Source: Tubiluchus corallicola (taxonomy: Eukaryota > Animalia > Priapulida). Taken from it: a DNA stretch of 64,000 nt. The position numbers and the translations under genes are program-made. Positions 12,364 through 25,129 of the stretch are shown piece after piece (position 1 is the first letter of the stretch; every line of letters begins with the position of its first letter). Under the pieces are notes generated by a model. That model made no database searches. It was not told the DNA's origin and worked only from the letters and a program-made list of their open reading frames with translations. The stretch covers positions 157,401-221,400 of the forward strand of contig JAQGDQ010000386.1 in the NCBI GenBank assembly GCA_030141605.1. The letters run 5' to 3'.

Positions 12364-15300
12364 CTACACCGTTAGAGTATGCACACTAAAAGTCTCTGTT
12401 TTTTTCACATCATACACTTTTAGTGGTTTAGGTGGCCGTATCTTCCTACCATGGTAGCCAGTTTTACGATGCCACCTCCCGGACCTCGGGCGGACGCCCA
12501 TCCATCGATGGCGATTAGGGGAGCCGATGTGTTTGCTGCCGTGATCCACGTTTGACACCCGGCCCACCACCGCCATGCACTTTTTAGAAACCGACACCTC
12601 CGCCTTGGAGGGCATTTGGAGAACGACGAAGTCGTCCACTTTTCGCAGAACCTTGCAGCTCGTGCCGGCGGCACGGGCGATCTTGCCGCCCTCTCCGGGA
12701 AACCGCTCGATATTGAACACAGATGTGCCAACCGGAAGTGCTCCGAGAGGATAGGAATCACCCTCATAGGCTTTAACTGCAATGAAAAAACTTTGGAATT
12801 AGAGTCAACCTCGGATATAAGGGACAACTCAGGACTGGAAAAAATTGTTGCTTATAGCCCTTCAGCGATGCATATGTATGTGACCGTGGAACCAAGCTGT
12901 TCGAAGGCCGAGTTTGCGAAAAATTGAGGTTAAAAATCGATCAATTTCGGTTTGATCATAGAGTCCCTTATATGCGAGGTAATTTACCTGGGTTTCTATT
13001 ACGCGGGACCTGAAGATATCGTTCCTTATAACCGAAAGTCCCTTATATTCTAGTACCTTACATAAAAAAACATTATGAAAAATCAGGACCGGTGTTGGTG
13101 ATCCCCTAACAGCGAGTGTCCCTCATAAGTGAGTACCTTATACCTGAATTTTGACATACATAAAATATCTGTAGGATAAATTTTTGCACTCAATTCAAAT
13201 TCAGTTTTTTCACTCAGTTTGGTGAACTACAAGCGGAAATCCAGTAATGGACAGTGGGCGTGCTAATCCGCTTTTCTTCAGTTTTATTTGCAGATATATG
13301 ACATTTATCAAAGTATGTTCCAGGACACACTAAATTTAGCATCAGCTATAGACAATAGCAGAGATTTAAAAGATGCAGTCCTTCCCATGGTTCACTAAAC
13401 TGGCAGAAAAAGATTGTTTTAATTTTATATAATAGAGATATTTCAAACAATAGCAGAGATTTAAAAGATGCAGTCCTTCCCATGGTTCAATGAACTGGCA
13501 GAAAAAGATTGTTTTAATTTTATATAATAGAGATATTTCAAACAATAGCAGAGATTTAAAAGATGCAGTCCTTCCCATGGTTCATTAAACTGGCAGAAAA
13601 AGATTGTTTTAATTTTATATAATAGAGATATTTCAAACAATAGCAGAGATTTAAAAGATGCAGTCCTTCCCATGGTTCAATGAACTGGCAGAAAAAGATT
13701 GTTTTAATTTTATATAATAGTGGAGTTCTTATTTAGTTAACACACCACAAGCCAAATGTTTGCCAACCAAATTCAGCATTACCTTTGTTGCATCCACCAT
13801 AACTACAAAATTCGTACTCTTGACCCCAATGGATAAAAGGCTACCAAATACAGCAAAAGGCTAATGAGAGCAATTCTGTGCTTTGTATTGCTACTTAGTG
13901 CAAATTGGCTAAAAAAGATTTGCCATATTGACAACTTCACTGTATACAACAAAGCAATATCGCAAGCTAAACTAAGTTAGTAGACTAACAATTCAATAAC
14001 ATTTTGGTTAGTTGAAAAATTCTACCTGCAATTCTGGGTATGTGTCCGTACGTTCTTACAATGTCTCCAGCTTTCATATTCTCAGAGGCCAGGACGTACC
14101 TCCTTCTATCTCCGCCGGCGACAACGGCAATTCTGGCCGTCCTATTCGGATCATAAGCAATTCTTTGCACCTACAGGCATTAAATTAATTAATAATTGCT
14201 GTCGTCGTCAACATCAACATCACTATAATTAATTACAGACATCGAAAGCATCATCTCGTTAACCGGATCAACAACATCATTACCATTAACATCATCATTA
14301 TTAATATCAAAATCAAAGCTGTCGTCACCATCAACACATTGCACTGGCACTGGACAAAACTAATCTAAATTAATATTTTCTGCTTACAAAAAAAGTTTTT
14401 AATACAAAAAATCTGACCCAAAACGTAGTAGGCAAAAAGATATGGAGACTAGGGGCACCGGTTCGATACTCACTCAATCAGACTTCAATTAACGTACAGA
14501 TTTTCACTGTTTACCTTACTGACAGCCGAACATAGTTGTCACATCTGTTGGTTCAGTAACTCATCTTAGATGGCTATTGTCGATAATGAGCCAGGCTCCA
14601 GTGTCAATGCAAGCAGGGATGTTACCAAAATGAAAATTTTGTTTCGGTTTGCCGATAATTGCACTTTAGGTTGAGTTTCATTTTCGTCGAAAATTGTCAA
14701 GTTTCGTAGCAAAAACTTTTGGTACTTTTCACATGCATTTTTCCGAGGTTTCAGTAGTATTTAACCAGCTTACCTATTTTATGCTAGATGTTAAAAATCG
14801 CTGAAAAATTTTGGTAAAAGAAAACCGGATGATTGTGTAAACATTAGTTCAGAAGAAAGAATGCTCTAAAACACTAAAAGCTACAATAGCTTTTTTTAAA
14901 TCAAAACTTAGATTAAATAGTAATTACATTGGACTCTCAAATTTTGTTAAATTTTCATAGCTTCGCAGGCGATGAATAGACGGCGGTGCCGTGATGACCA
15001 TGATCATGAACTGCAGTGTTAGTTTCTGACGTCACATGACGTAGAGCCAATTTAAGTGACATCATGAGTTTTTGTAGCAACAATTACGGAAACGTGCTTG
15101 ATGCACGAGGGAGATGCCTGCAATTGCACAAACTGTGGTTAGTTTCTGACGTAAGCAATAGCTGTGTTAAGTTACTGTTAAGTAACTTTCTAAGCTAATT
15201 ATTCAAATATAACAAACAAATGCTAACTTTTATAGGAAAGAAAATGTACAATTCGGACAGTAAATTAAAATGAAATTGAGTCTCAACAATCGTCCAGTTT

Positions 15301-18300
15301 TCCCTTAAACTAGTTCAATAAAGCGTAAATATCATTCGTTTAACTTTTTATGCCATTTGTAGCATGCTTTTTACGGCAATGCGGCACATCTTTAGTGCTG
15401 AGAATCGTGAAGCTTTAGGGTCTCCAGGCACCAGGCATAATCAGCCAAAATATCAAAGCGCAGTTTGATTAAAACCAAGTTTAATTTATAATTTATGAAA
15501 TACAGGCAACAAAATATTTAGAAAATAGAGTTTGTCAATTTTTTGAAGCTTCAAGATCTTTAATCGTAAACGTTGTTCTACTTTTTTGGTTAGGATTTTT
15601 TGCCTAGCTACTTCACTAAAGTTTTTATCAGAGCAAATATAACAAACAAATAAAAACAAAGTATTTTATTTGCTCAATTCAGTTCTGATAATAGTTGGTT
15701 TTGCAAAAATGATTTCGGTTCGGTTTCGTTTCGGTTCGCAATTTCAGTTTCGGTAACATCCCAGACTGCAAGCATTCCACGTCTACCGCTTAATGCTTGA
15801 TTCTGGCTCGGAGAATGCTGAAGTCCATGTGAATGCCAGATTCTGGCTCAGGGAATGCTGAAGTCCACAAAAAGCAGAATAGTTGAGTGATCTTTGTGGG
15901 CTCTTAGTGACAGAAGTAAAGCAAAACCAAGCTTAGTGAACATATGGATTAGTGACTTCTTCTGGGTCATTTCGAAGGAAGTAGCAAACATTGAAATGTG
16001 ACTAAAGACACCTCTAATAAATGAACAAAATAACTTTAGTAATGAACTACATACAAGTATTCCAACAACTACTCTTGAATGCTGGTTTTTTTATACCAAA
16101 GTGTATAAAAAAGTTACATATCCAGTAACTACCAACTATTCTCTACCTAGAGCAGCAATTTGCAACCAGTAGGCCATGGACACACTCCAGGGTGTGCCAC
16201 CCAGCCTAATAAAAAATCTTTGCTTCCTCTTTTTTTACCTTTTTTTGTGAATTAGAAGGTGTTGCTTTAAGGGTGGAAATGATACAAAAAACAACATTTG
16301 CTACATCAAAAACATCATTTTAGTACATTTCCTTGTCCTTTATTTAATATTTGTAATAATAGCAAGCACACACCGTGTCCACTCAGCTATTCTGTCCCCT
16401 AATCACAACTTCATAACCATTGTCACTCGTTTTCAATTGTCTTATAATAAATAAGTACATAATGCAATGTAGCATGTTTGTTTTACCACTTCCTCAACAG
16501 GTGGCACACTGGCGTCATCCGAAGCACTTTTGAAAGTATCTATCATGCGATATCTACGCTTGGCCCCGCCTCCTATCCTGTGATTGATGATTCGTCCCGT
16601 GACAGGATCGCGACCGCCCGTTCCCACCATTCTCAATTTCTTTGTCGTATACTTCTCCGGAATTCCACCTACGACGACCCTGCGCGGACACATTCGGCTG
16701 CGGAACTCGTGTAACGGAGGTCGCAACTTCCAAGGTTTGTACCTCTGAAACGAAATGCCTATTTAGTTCAAGTTAGCATTCATATAAGATACAGTAAAAT
16801 TGTAATCATTTCTAGTCATAAATAAAAACAATCACTGGTTGGTTGGCATCCTCCTGTCTCGGAAGACAATGGAGTGTGCGCCAAGAGAGTCAGCTATTGA
16901 TCACATTGATGGAGCTGCAGCGTTGACTGTGGCTGAGCAGTGAGATCCTTGAACGTCTCCAGGGCGCACGCCTGGGCAAGGTGTATGGAGATCCAGAGCT
17001 GCCAGGACAATAGGAACCCCCCTTCCTCGTTGGTGTAGTCCAAAGGAACGTTTGGCACCAGGTTGGCTGCAGGAGCTGCCAGAGTCAGTGAACATGCTGC
17101 ACTGGTCCACCTTCGGGGCTCCACTCCTGATTTGGAAGGTTTACTCCACTACACATGGTCGTTGGGGGTCACTTGACCTACTCCGCCCTCTAGCCGTTGG
17201 CTGCTTGTGCAGCTCCTCTGCCTAGTGTCGAGATACAGTGTGGGCATCCCGCAGACCTACAGCACCTGGTATTCCTAGGTGGTCACCTATACTGATCAGG
17301 CTCTGTGTTGCTTAACTTCATTGATCAGACGAGAACCGGTGTTTTCAACGTGATATGGCCGTAGATAGCCGTCGTCATAATGATTAATAAATAAGTAAGC
17401 TGCGATAAATACATAGATTACTACAATATAAAGATTTATCTATGCGAGTTGCACAATTACTCATGTCCAGGACGATGACACCAAAAATACGCTACACTGT
17501 ATTTAGCATCCGCAAGACTGTATGATTTCGAATCAGAATAAAGATAGCCGCTATTGCAAAGCGAAAAGTGCAACTGCATGCATCTGACAAGCTCATAATT
17601 TTAAATAATTCTTTTTATCCACTGTTTTGCTTAATTCCTGTAAGTAAATTGAAAAGCAAAATGAAGCGAAATTATAAAGGCAAGCAATGAACAATGATGA
17701 TGATATACCTAGAATAATATCGATACGATAACGATGCACCTAGAATAATATCGATACAATAACGATGCACCTAGAATAATATCGATACGTTAACGCCGTA
17801 CCTAGAATAATATCGATACGATAACGACATACCTAGAATAATATCGATACGATGAGGATGTATCTAGAATAATATCGATACGATAAGGATGTACCTAGAA
17901 TAATATCAGTACGTTAACGATGTACCTAGAATAATACCGATACGATAACGATGTACCTAGAATAATATCGATACGATAAGGATGTACCTAGAATAATATC
18001 AGTACGTTAACGATGTACCTAGAATAATACCGATACGATAATGATGTACCTAGAATAATATCGACATGATGTTCGATAATTATTGATACTTATCGGTATG
18101 GGTAACATTCCTACCCCAAGATCACCTGACTGTACTGTACTGTAATGAAGATAGTACCAGCGAAATAGTTTTACAATAGAACATAGTTATGTCATTCATC
18201 ATCTATCTTACTTGTAAAACTTGTGACGTGGAGAAATGTCGCTCTACATTGCGAAGAACTTTAGTGCATGATGCAGGTGAAAGACACAACTGTTTCAACG

Positions 18301-18331
18301 ACTGTATCAAGCCGTACAATGGCTGCACCAT
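12364..18331 (-). CDS. MRPL2: Mitochondrial ribosomal protein L2 (uL2m); coding exons 18212-18331, 16487-16744, 14026-14170, 12364-12776 (about 311 aa)
   Basis: Exons join in frame across GT-AG introns (phases 0,0,1). Exon 1 reads MVQPLYGLIQSLKQLCLSPASCTKVLRNVERHFSTSQVLQ (targeting-peptide-like); later exons carry uL2 motifs GGRDPVTGRIINHRIGGG, YDPNRTARIAVVAGG, EGDSYPLGALPVGT, RAAGT, VGRVSN and RPRSGRWHRK. The first coding exon is the least certain. Confidence 0.93.
12802..13156. mobile_element. pogo/Tc1-type MITE, internally deleted family member
   Basis: Aligns with 2373-2932. Confidence 0.8.
13353..13720. repeat. 95-bp tandem repeat, about 4 copies, in an MRPL2 intron
   Basis: Unit AATAGCAGAGATTTAAAAGATGCAGTCCTTCCCATGGTTCA...; near-identical copies. 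Confidence 0.95.
14614..15764. mobile_element. hAT-like MITE with a nested Kolobok-like copy (about 14817-15304)
   Basis: TIR CAGGGATGTTACC / GGTAACATCCCAG; 8-bp TSD AATGCAAG / ACTGCAAG. Confidence 0.78.
16836..17365 (-). mobile_element. 5S/RTE SINE, near full-length copy in an MRPL2 intron
   Basis: Reverse complement aligns end to end with 59040-59595 (small deletions), ending in GATGCCAACCAACCA; no clear TSD. Confidence 0.88.
17700..18066. repeat. 31-bp minisatellite, about 12 copies
   Basis: Unit ACCTAGAATAATATCGATACGATAACGATGT. Confidence 0.95.
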
Positions 18332-18705
18332 GGTTTCAAACTTTCAATTCCCTGAAATGATACAAATTCAACGAACCCACAGTTAGTGAAGCTTTCAAAC
18401 CAAATTTTATTGAAAGAAAAAAATGAAACGGATTTGGGTTTGAGCAAGAAACCTTTGCATTTAAATAAAAATTATCACAGATGCAGAACAGCGAGATTCA
18501 AGAACAGCTTTAACTCATACTGCTTACTTAATTTCCAAACTTAAATTTTGACTCATTTAATTTTAATTAATTCCTTTCATGTATCTTCTAACAGTGTATT
18601 AGTGCTTGTCACTGTATGTTCCACTTTGCTTACTTCTTATAAAATTCTTATATTGCAATTTATGCTGTACTGTAATTCAACCTTTTTGATTGATGATAAA
18701 TAAAC

Positions 18706-18745
<40 letters not shown>

Positions 18746-18799
18746 AAATTTCATTGTTCAGTTTTTCAGGTTAAGATACAGTAAGTTCCTGCTTAACGA

Positions 18800-19415
18800 C
18801 TCCCTGTTTAGCGACGTTTCGTTTTAATGACACTGATCATTTGATAACTTTCTTCCACTTAACAATGCAAGGTTTCATTTTAACAGTTGTCAAGGTTTCG
18901 TTTTAACGACGCTGAACATTTGACAACTTTCTTTCACTTAACAACACAAGGTTTCATTTTAACCGACGCTGATCATTTGACAACTTTCTTTCACTTAACA
19001 ACGCAAGGTTTCATTTTAACGATGCTGATCATTTGACAACTTTCTTTCAGTTGACAACGCAAGGTTTCGTTTTAACGACGCTGAACACTTGACACCTATC
19101 TTTCACTTAACAACGCAAGGTTTTGCTTTAACGATGCTGATCATTTGACAACTTTCTTTCACTTAACAACGCAAGGTTTCGTTTTAACGACACTGAACAT
19201 TTGACACCTTTCTTTCACTTAACAATGCAAGGTTTCGTTTTAACAATGCTGAACATTTGACACCTTTCTTTCACTTAACAACGCAAGGTTTCGTTTTAAC
19301 AATGCTGAACACTTGACACCTGTCTTTCACTTAACAACGCAAGGTTTTGTTTTAACAACGCTGAACACATGACACCTTTCTTTCACTTAACAACGTAAGG
19401 TTTTATTTTAATGAC
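18800..19415. repeat. 56-bp tandem repeat, about 10-11 copies, beginning inside a pogo-like terminus (TACAGTAAGTTCCTGCTTAACG at 18777)
   Basis: Unit CTGAACATTTGACAACTTTCTTTCACTTAACAACGCAAGGTTTCGTTTTAACGACG. Confidence 0.92.
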
Positions 19416-19605
19416 AATTTTTTACTTTGCTCAAAGCCAATTTTTATTTATCAACAAACTTTTCTATCTAATTTTATGCACAGAAGCAGCACATAATGCA
19501 TTATTGAATTTTAAAAACAGGCTAGTAACATAAACAGTGCAATTATTATACAAGTATATGTTTTTGCTTCCCGGCAGACCACTAAATGTTAGCCCTTTGT
19601 ATTAA

Positions 19606-20082
19606 AGGAAAACCGGATGATTGTGTAAACATTAGTTCAGAATAATGAATGCTCTAAAATATTGAAAACTACAATAGCCTTTTTTTAAATCAAAGTTTAG
19701 ATTAAATAATAATTACCTTGGATACTCAAATTTCGTTAATTTTCAAAGCTACGCATGGCACAGTGAATCTACTAAGATTGGCAATGGCGCCTTTTTGTCA
19801 AATTCGCATGGCCGATAAAGAGAAGGCGGTACCGTGATAACCATGGTGGCGAACTGAAGTGTTAGTTTCTGACGTCATATGACAAAGAGCCCATTTTGAC
19901 GTAGGGCCAAATGTACTTGACACGCAAGGGAAGATGCCTGCCATTGCACAAACTGTGGTTGTTTCTGACATAAACATGTTCAGCTGTTAACTTTCCAAGG
20001 TAATTATTCATATATAAGAAAATATATATTTCGGACAGTAAATTAAAATGTGATCGAGTCTAAACAATGGTCCAGTTTTCCT
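19606..20082. mobile_element. Kolobok-like MITE family member
   Basis: TTAA|AGGAAAACCGGA...TCCAGTTTTCCT|TTAA. Confidence 0.82.
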
Positions 20083-20332
20083 TTAAACCCGGAACATACT
20101 TGGCTCCAGACCTGGGAACAAACTTCATGCTAAGAAATTTTGCCTGCAACCTGTAGCTTTATTTTGCTAAGTTTAAATGACAACAGCAAAACAAACCCAA
20201 CTAAATGACCAAGACCATGCTGAATGACGTGCCCTTTCCATTAAATCACTTCTAAGGCAATTTTTCCATTCTTTCTTATTTACGGAATTGCAAAAACACT
20301 TTACAAGTTACAATACACGGTTCTAAACATAC

Positions 20333-20470
20333 CTCACAAGCTAGGAACGCGAATTTGACTGCAAAATTGATTATAGGATCTTCGATTATACAACAGTTTG
20401 CCACACCTGAAAGTATAATATTTCATACTAAGTTAAGTGACGTCATCTGTCATCCGTTTCCTCCCAAGTT
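20333..20470 (-). promoter_or_regulatory. Candidate non-coding first exon / promoter of MRPL2
   Basis: The first coding exon has an acceptor (TTTCAG) 20 nt before the ATG, so an upstream exon is expected. A good donor (GAG|GTATGT) lies at 20333/20332, with a TGACGTCA motif near 20438. Inference only. Confidence 0.3.
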
Positions 20471-22364
20471 TCAAAAATCTCACCACCCTCTAGTGGCTGC
20501 AAAAAGAACCAACGGAATTGTAATTTATTATCCACTTCAGCATAATTGCTATTTACATTATCACATTACAATTGCTATACATCAATTCAATTGTAGTTAC
20601 AACCATTGTAAAAGAATTATACTAATATGGTTACTGAGTACATAATACTTTAATAGTTTATCAACACGAAATATATGCTGCATGGTGGTCAAGAAGCAAA
20701 GCTTGTGAGATAACCATGAAAAGTGGAGAAAAACTGCTTTTAACTAGCAAGAGAAAGAATTATAGAAAAACAGAGAATAGTAAAGATAAAGTAATAGAGT
20801 AAGATAGAGTAAGAATTAGAAACTATTTAACTCGGTAACAATTATATCTATGAAACCACCATTACTTCATCAATCACCATTTTTTCCAATATGGGTAATC
20901 TCTATTTTGTAATTGGGAATTAACGCTATTTCTACGACGCCCATTACACCCGACCAATTCTCATCCTTCTGAGAATGTGTTTTACTAACAGACTTTTCAA
21001 ACTACTAGCCTGCTACACAAACAAAACTAATATAATAGCTCTGCAGTAAGTCTGAGGCATCAAGTCCTCAACAAAACAATTCTCTTAGTTTTGCTATCAG
21101 CTAGGTGACAATGTGCCAAAAACTAACCAACTGGGGCTACAGTGTTACATCACCTTTCTTCTACACGAGTCTACAAGATTTTTGAAAGTGGCCTGTTCTG
21201 TCGTAACCTTAATACAAAGAGCCAAAAGCACCTACTCAGACCTTCACAAATGCCTTGTCAAAAGCCAAACAACAACAACAACAACAACGATTTCTACTTA
21301 TCGTGTGTTCCAGGGAAATTCATTTTAAATGAGATGAGTGTTAATGGGAAAACTCAGATGCAGCAAGATAGATAATTCCCCAGGAATTATGTAAACAAAC
21401 CTACAGCATCGACCACCAAAGAAACTGCAGTGTTCAACAATTATGAGAACGATCCCAGACCATTTTCTGTTCACTTAAACCAGAAAATTTGTTCAAAACG
21501 AGTAAAAATTTGAACAAAATAATTAAAAACACTAAAAATGGGATCCCACTTATCTAATTCTCTCTGATTAGAAGGTGCAATAAACATACACCTTATTTAT
21601 TAATTTTCCAAAACTGCAAAAAACGGCTTTAAAAGTTACTTGAAAAGTGTAAAATGTGATTCCAAAAGCACAAAAAATAATTCAAAGTGTACTGTACTGT
21701 GTAATTGGGGGAATCTGGTGTTCCCGCGTCTTTAAGCTGGTAAATGATAAAGTTCATGGTTATAAATCCTTCACCAAGCATTGTAAAGTTTTTTTCCATA
21801 ATACTTATTCTGATATTTGCTTACTTGATAATAGTAATGTATACGCACTTTGTTATAGTCGTCATTAATTAAGGTGATCCCTTGTGTGCTTTAATATTGT
21901 TTCATTTCAGGTTATGCATGTTTATACTTCAATCGGTAAAGACCTATAGAGTAGTCAGCTGTCTCTCTATAATGTCTGTACTTACGTCATCACAGTTTCT
22001 TTTCACTTAACACTGTGAGCTCATTGTGCTGTTTGCTACAAAACAGACAATGGGTGATAAACTCAAATTTATAGACACAGCTTTAAAATGATTATAATCT
22101 AGTGATTAAAAAAGTGCATTGAATAAACTCAAACACAAACTCCGTTGCTCAACTTAAAATCAATGTACTATACATATGTTGCAAAACTTTAGTACAAAAT
22201 TCTAAATAATGGGATAGTTTCATGTAAAAAAAAGTGCAACAATTTAGCCTATTAACAAATAACAAAGAAAAATAACAAAATTAACATTTCAGCATAGACT
22301 AATTATGAAATGACTCATACAACAAAACAATACACATGTACTAAATATTATAATCTGTAACACC

Positions 22365-22473
22365 TATACTATATATATATACTATACTATATACTATACT
22401 ATATGTATACTATAACACCTATACTATATACTATACTATATGTATATATATATATATATATACATATATATAC

Positions 22474-22518
<45 letters not shown>

Positions 22519-22530
22519 CTATATATACAT
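22365..22530. repeat. (TA)n / (TATAC)n microsatellite
   Basis: Directly visible; a similar (TA/TG)n tract lies at 30145-30330. Confidence 0.9.
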
Positions 22531-22756
22531 ATTTGCTGTTTTTGCCACAATTTTTCCTAAATCATTTCATGCAGTAAATGACAAATTTAAAATCAAAACC
22601 TACAGACCTGTAGAGCAATAATGGATATCACTTTTAAGCTGCCATCATCTGACAAACAGAGTAAACGGGAATACTATTAGCAATATTGAGTAATCAAAAA
22701 CAACTGCGGGTAATAATCATTATCTACAGTAACTAAAATACTAAAATAACATTTAA

Positions 22757-23243
22757 CTCAGCCTCAGGTATAAGGTACTCGCTTATAAGGGACCACCAAC
22801 ACCGGTCCCGATTTTTCGTAACATTTTTCCTATGTAAAAATCTTTGTGTATAAGATACTCGGATATAAGGGACTTTCGGTTATAAGGGACAATATCTTCA
22901 GGTCCCGCGTAATAGAAGCCCTGTTAAATTACCTCGCATATAAGGGACACTATAATCAAAGCAAAATTCATCGATTTTTAACCTCAATTTTTTGCAAACT
23001 CAGCCTTCGAACAGCTCGGTTTCCGTGGTCACATACATCTTGCAAAACTGAAGAAAAACTGAAATACCGTTTGCACCGAATGTGTAGCAACAATCCGTAA
23101 AAATATGGGTAAAAGTACAAAAAATTACAGGTCTAGATACACCCTCAGTCTGACTCAACTTCGGCTATAAGGCACATTGGATATAAGGGATGGTTTTTCT
23201 GGTCCTGAGATGCTGAGGTGTCCCTTATATCTGAGGTTGACTG
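22757..23243. mobile_element. pogo/Tc1-type MITE family member (reverse orientation)
   Basis: Aligns with 63109-63572; ends GGTTGACTG|TA. Confidence 0.82.
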
Positions 23244-23584
23244 TAATTATCTGCAGACGCATCATAAAAAATGAATTAATTCACTCAAATGTATAAAAAA
23301 CATTAGCAGATGAGTTAAAAAATGACAAAACTTTGTTGTCGGCATACAAGGTGATAAAAACACTTGATCACAAAGTATAAAGCAAAAACCGAAGGGCCTG
23401 GATTAACCAGATTCTAACCTACCCACTCAGACACTTTGCCTATGATTTATACTATTTCAATACAAAATTAGGCAAGATTAAAAATCATCAAAGAACAACA
23501 TCGTTGGCACATAGTTGTAATAGTATGAGCATTATGAACTAGCTATTATGATTCACTAAATCAGTATAAAACAGTTCTGCAGAT

Positions 23585-23944
23585 TAGGGGTGAGGATCGA
23601 CTGTTTGAATTCGATTCGAACGAGTTTGTTTAGTTCTAATTCGATTCAAACCTAAAATTATAGATTCGAATAATTCGGCACTTCAACCAGATACGTTCTT
23701 TATCAACAAAACGTTTGAAACATCATACAATTAGCGTAATTTAGCTATGATTTCTGTGCGCAATTTTTAGACAAATTATCAGTGGTTTTACTGAAGTCTT
23801 TTAATATGCATGATCTTTGCAAGACTAATTCTGGTTGGCGGTTCGAAACTTTGTTCAAAATGCTTAATTTGAATTCGAAATACTGAAGTTTGGTTCGATT
23901 CGAAAATCACAAATTCGATGTCTGGCAGAGAATGCTCACCCCTA
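23585..23944. mobile_element. hAT-like MITE rich in TTCGAA motifs (family also at 56018-56387 and 56418-56600)
   Basis: TIR TAGGGGTGAG / CTCACCCCTA; degenerate 8-bp TSD CTGCAGAT / CTGCACTT. Confidence 0.75.
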
Positions 23945-23975
23945 CTGCACTTATTTATCTATAAAAGTTTCAAAA

Positions 23976-24008
<33 letters not shown>

Positions 24009-24598
24009 GCACATACAATAATAAAATAAATATATGATAAAAACCATATAATACCTGAGTTATTTGTAAAGCAAAAATTACCTGTAAAAGAAATAAATCT
24101 TTAAATTTATAAGAATCATGTGTCATTATCAAATTAGCTGATCACATTTAAACTGCACTGTGAGTCAGAAAAAATAATCCTGTATTAATTTTGCTAAATA
24201 TTGTTAACATACAGATTTGATATGGCTGATGGCATTATAAAAAATCAGGAAACATTATGCAAATGCCTTGATTTAAATTTCCAGAAAAACGTGACCGTTT
24301 TTAAACTTCATCTAATTTAACTTATGGTCTAAAATACACATTTTAGTGCAAAAATCCAACAATTACTACATGATGTTTCTGTTAATTAAATATTAGTTAG
24401 GACAGCACAGTTAGTGATGATGTCACAATTGAAGAATCTCAACATAGCCCTCATGTCGAATACCTGAAAACTGACATTAAAACCACAGCATTAAAAATCA
24501 CAAAAGCAAGAAATAAAATGTCCATTGTATCAAACGTTAACATAATAAGAAACAGTATTTTTAAACCTGAGCATGATTGGCTTGCTGCAAAGCCTTAA

Positions 24599-25129
24599 AG
24601 GAAGACCGGATGACTGTACAAAGTATACATTTTCCTGCCTATAAAAGTTAGCAATTGTTTCTTATGTTCGAATAATTAGCTTAGAAAGTTAATTAACTGT
24701 TAATTAACTGCAACCAAACACAGCTATTACTTAGGTCAGAAACTAACCACAGTTTGTGCAATGGCAGGCATCTTTCCGTGCGTGTTAAGCTAATTTGCAT
24801 AAGTGTTACAGTACTGCTTAAACGCGTGATGTCAAGGAAATGGGCTCTACGTCATATGACATCAGAAATTAAGACTGCAGTTCATGATTATGGTTATCAC
24901 GGTACCGCCTTCTATTTGTCGGCCACGCGAATGTGACAAAAAGGTGCCGTTGCCAATCTTAGTAGATTCACTGAGCCGCATGTAGCTCTGAAAGCTTAAC
25001 GAATTTTGAGTATCGGAGGTAATTATTATTTGATCTAAGCTTTGATTTAAAAAAACTGTTGTAGTTTTCAATATTTTAGAGCATTATTTATTCTGAATTC
25101 TAATGTTTACACAATCGTCCGGTTTTCCT
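24599..25129. mobile_element. Kolobok-like non-autonomous DNA transposon (TTAA TSD, AGG...CCT ends)
   Basis: TTAA|AGGAAGACCGGATGA...TCGTCCGGTTTTCCT|TTAA; family members at about 14817-15304, 19606-20082 and 59875-60425. Confidence 0.82.

Noticed and set aside
17461-17583. Extra MRPL2 exon candidate
   Set aside because: No similarity to uL2m and awkward phase; 18212-18331 splices in phase 0 and encodes a convincing targeting peptide.
17700-18066. CRISPR-like appearance of 31-bp repeats (also 55635-55937)
   Set aside because: Head-to-tail units without unique spacers, eukaryotic introns, no cas genes: minisatellites.
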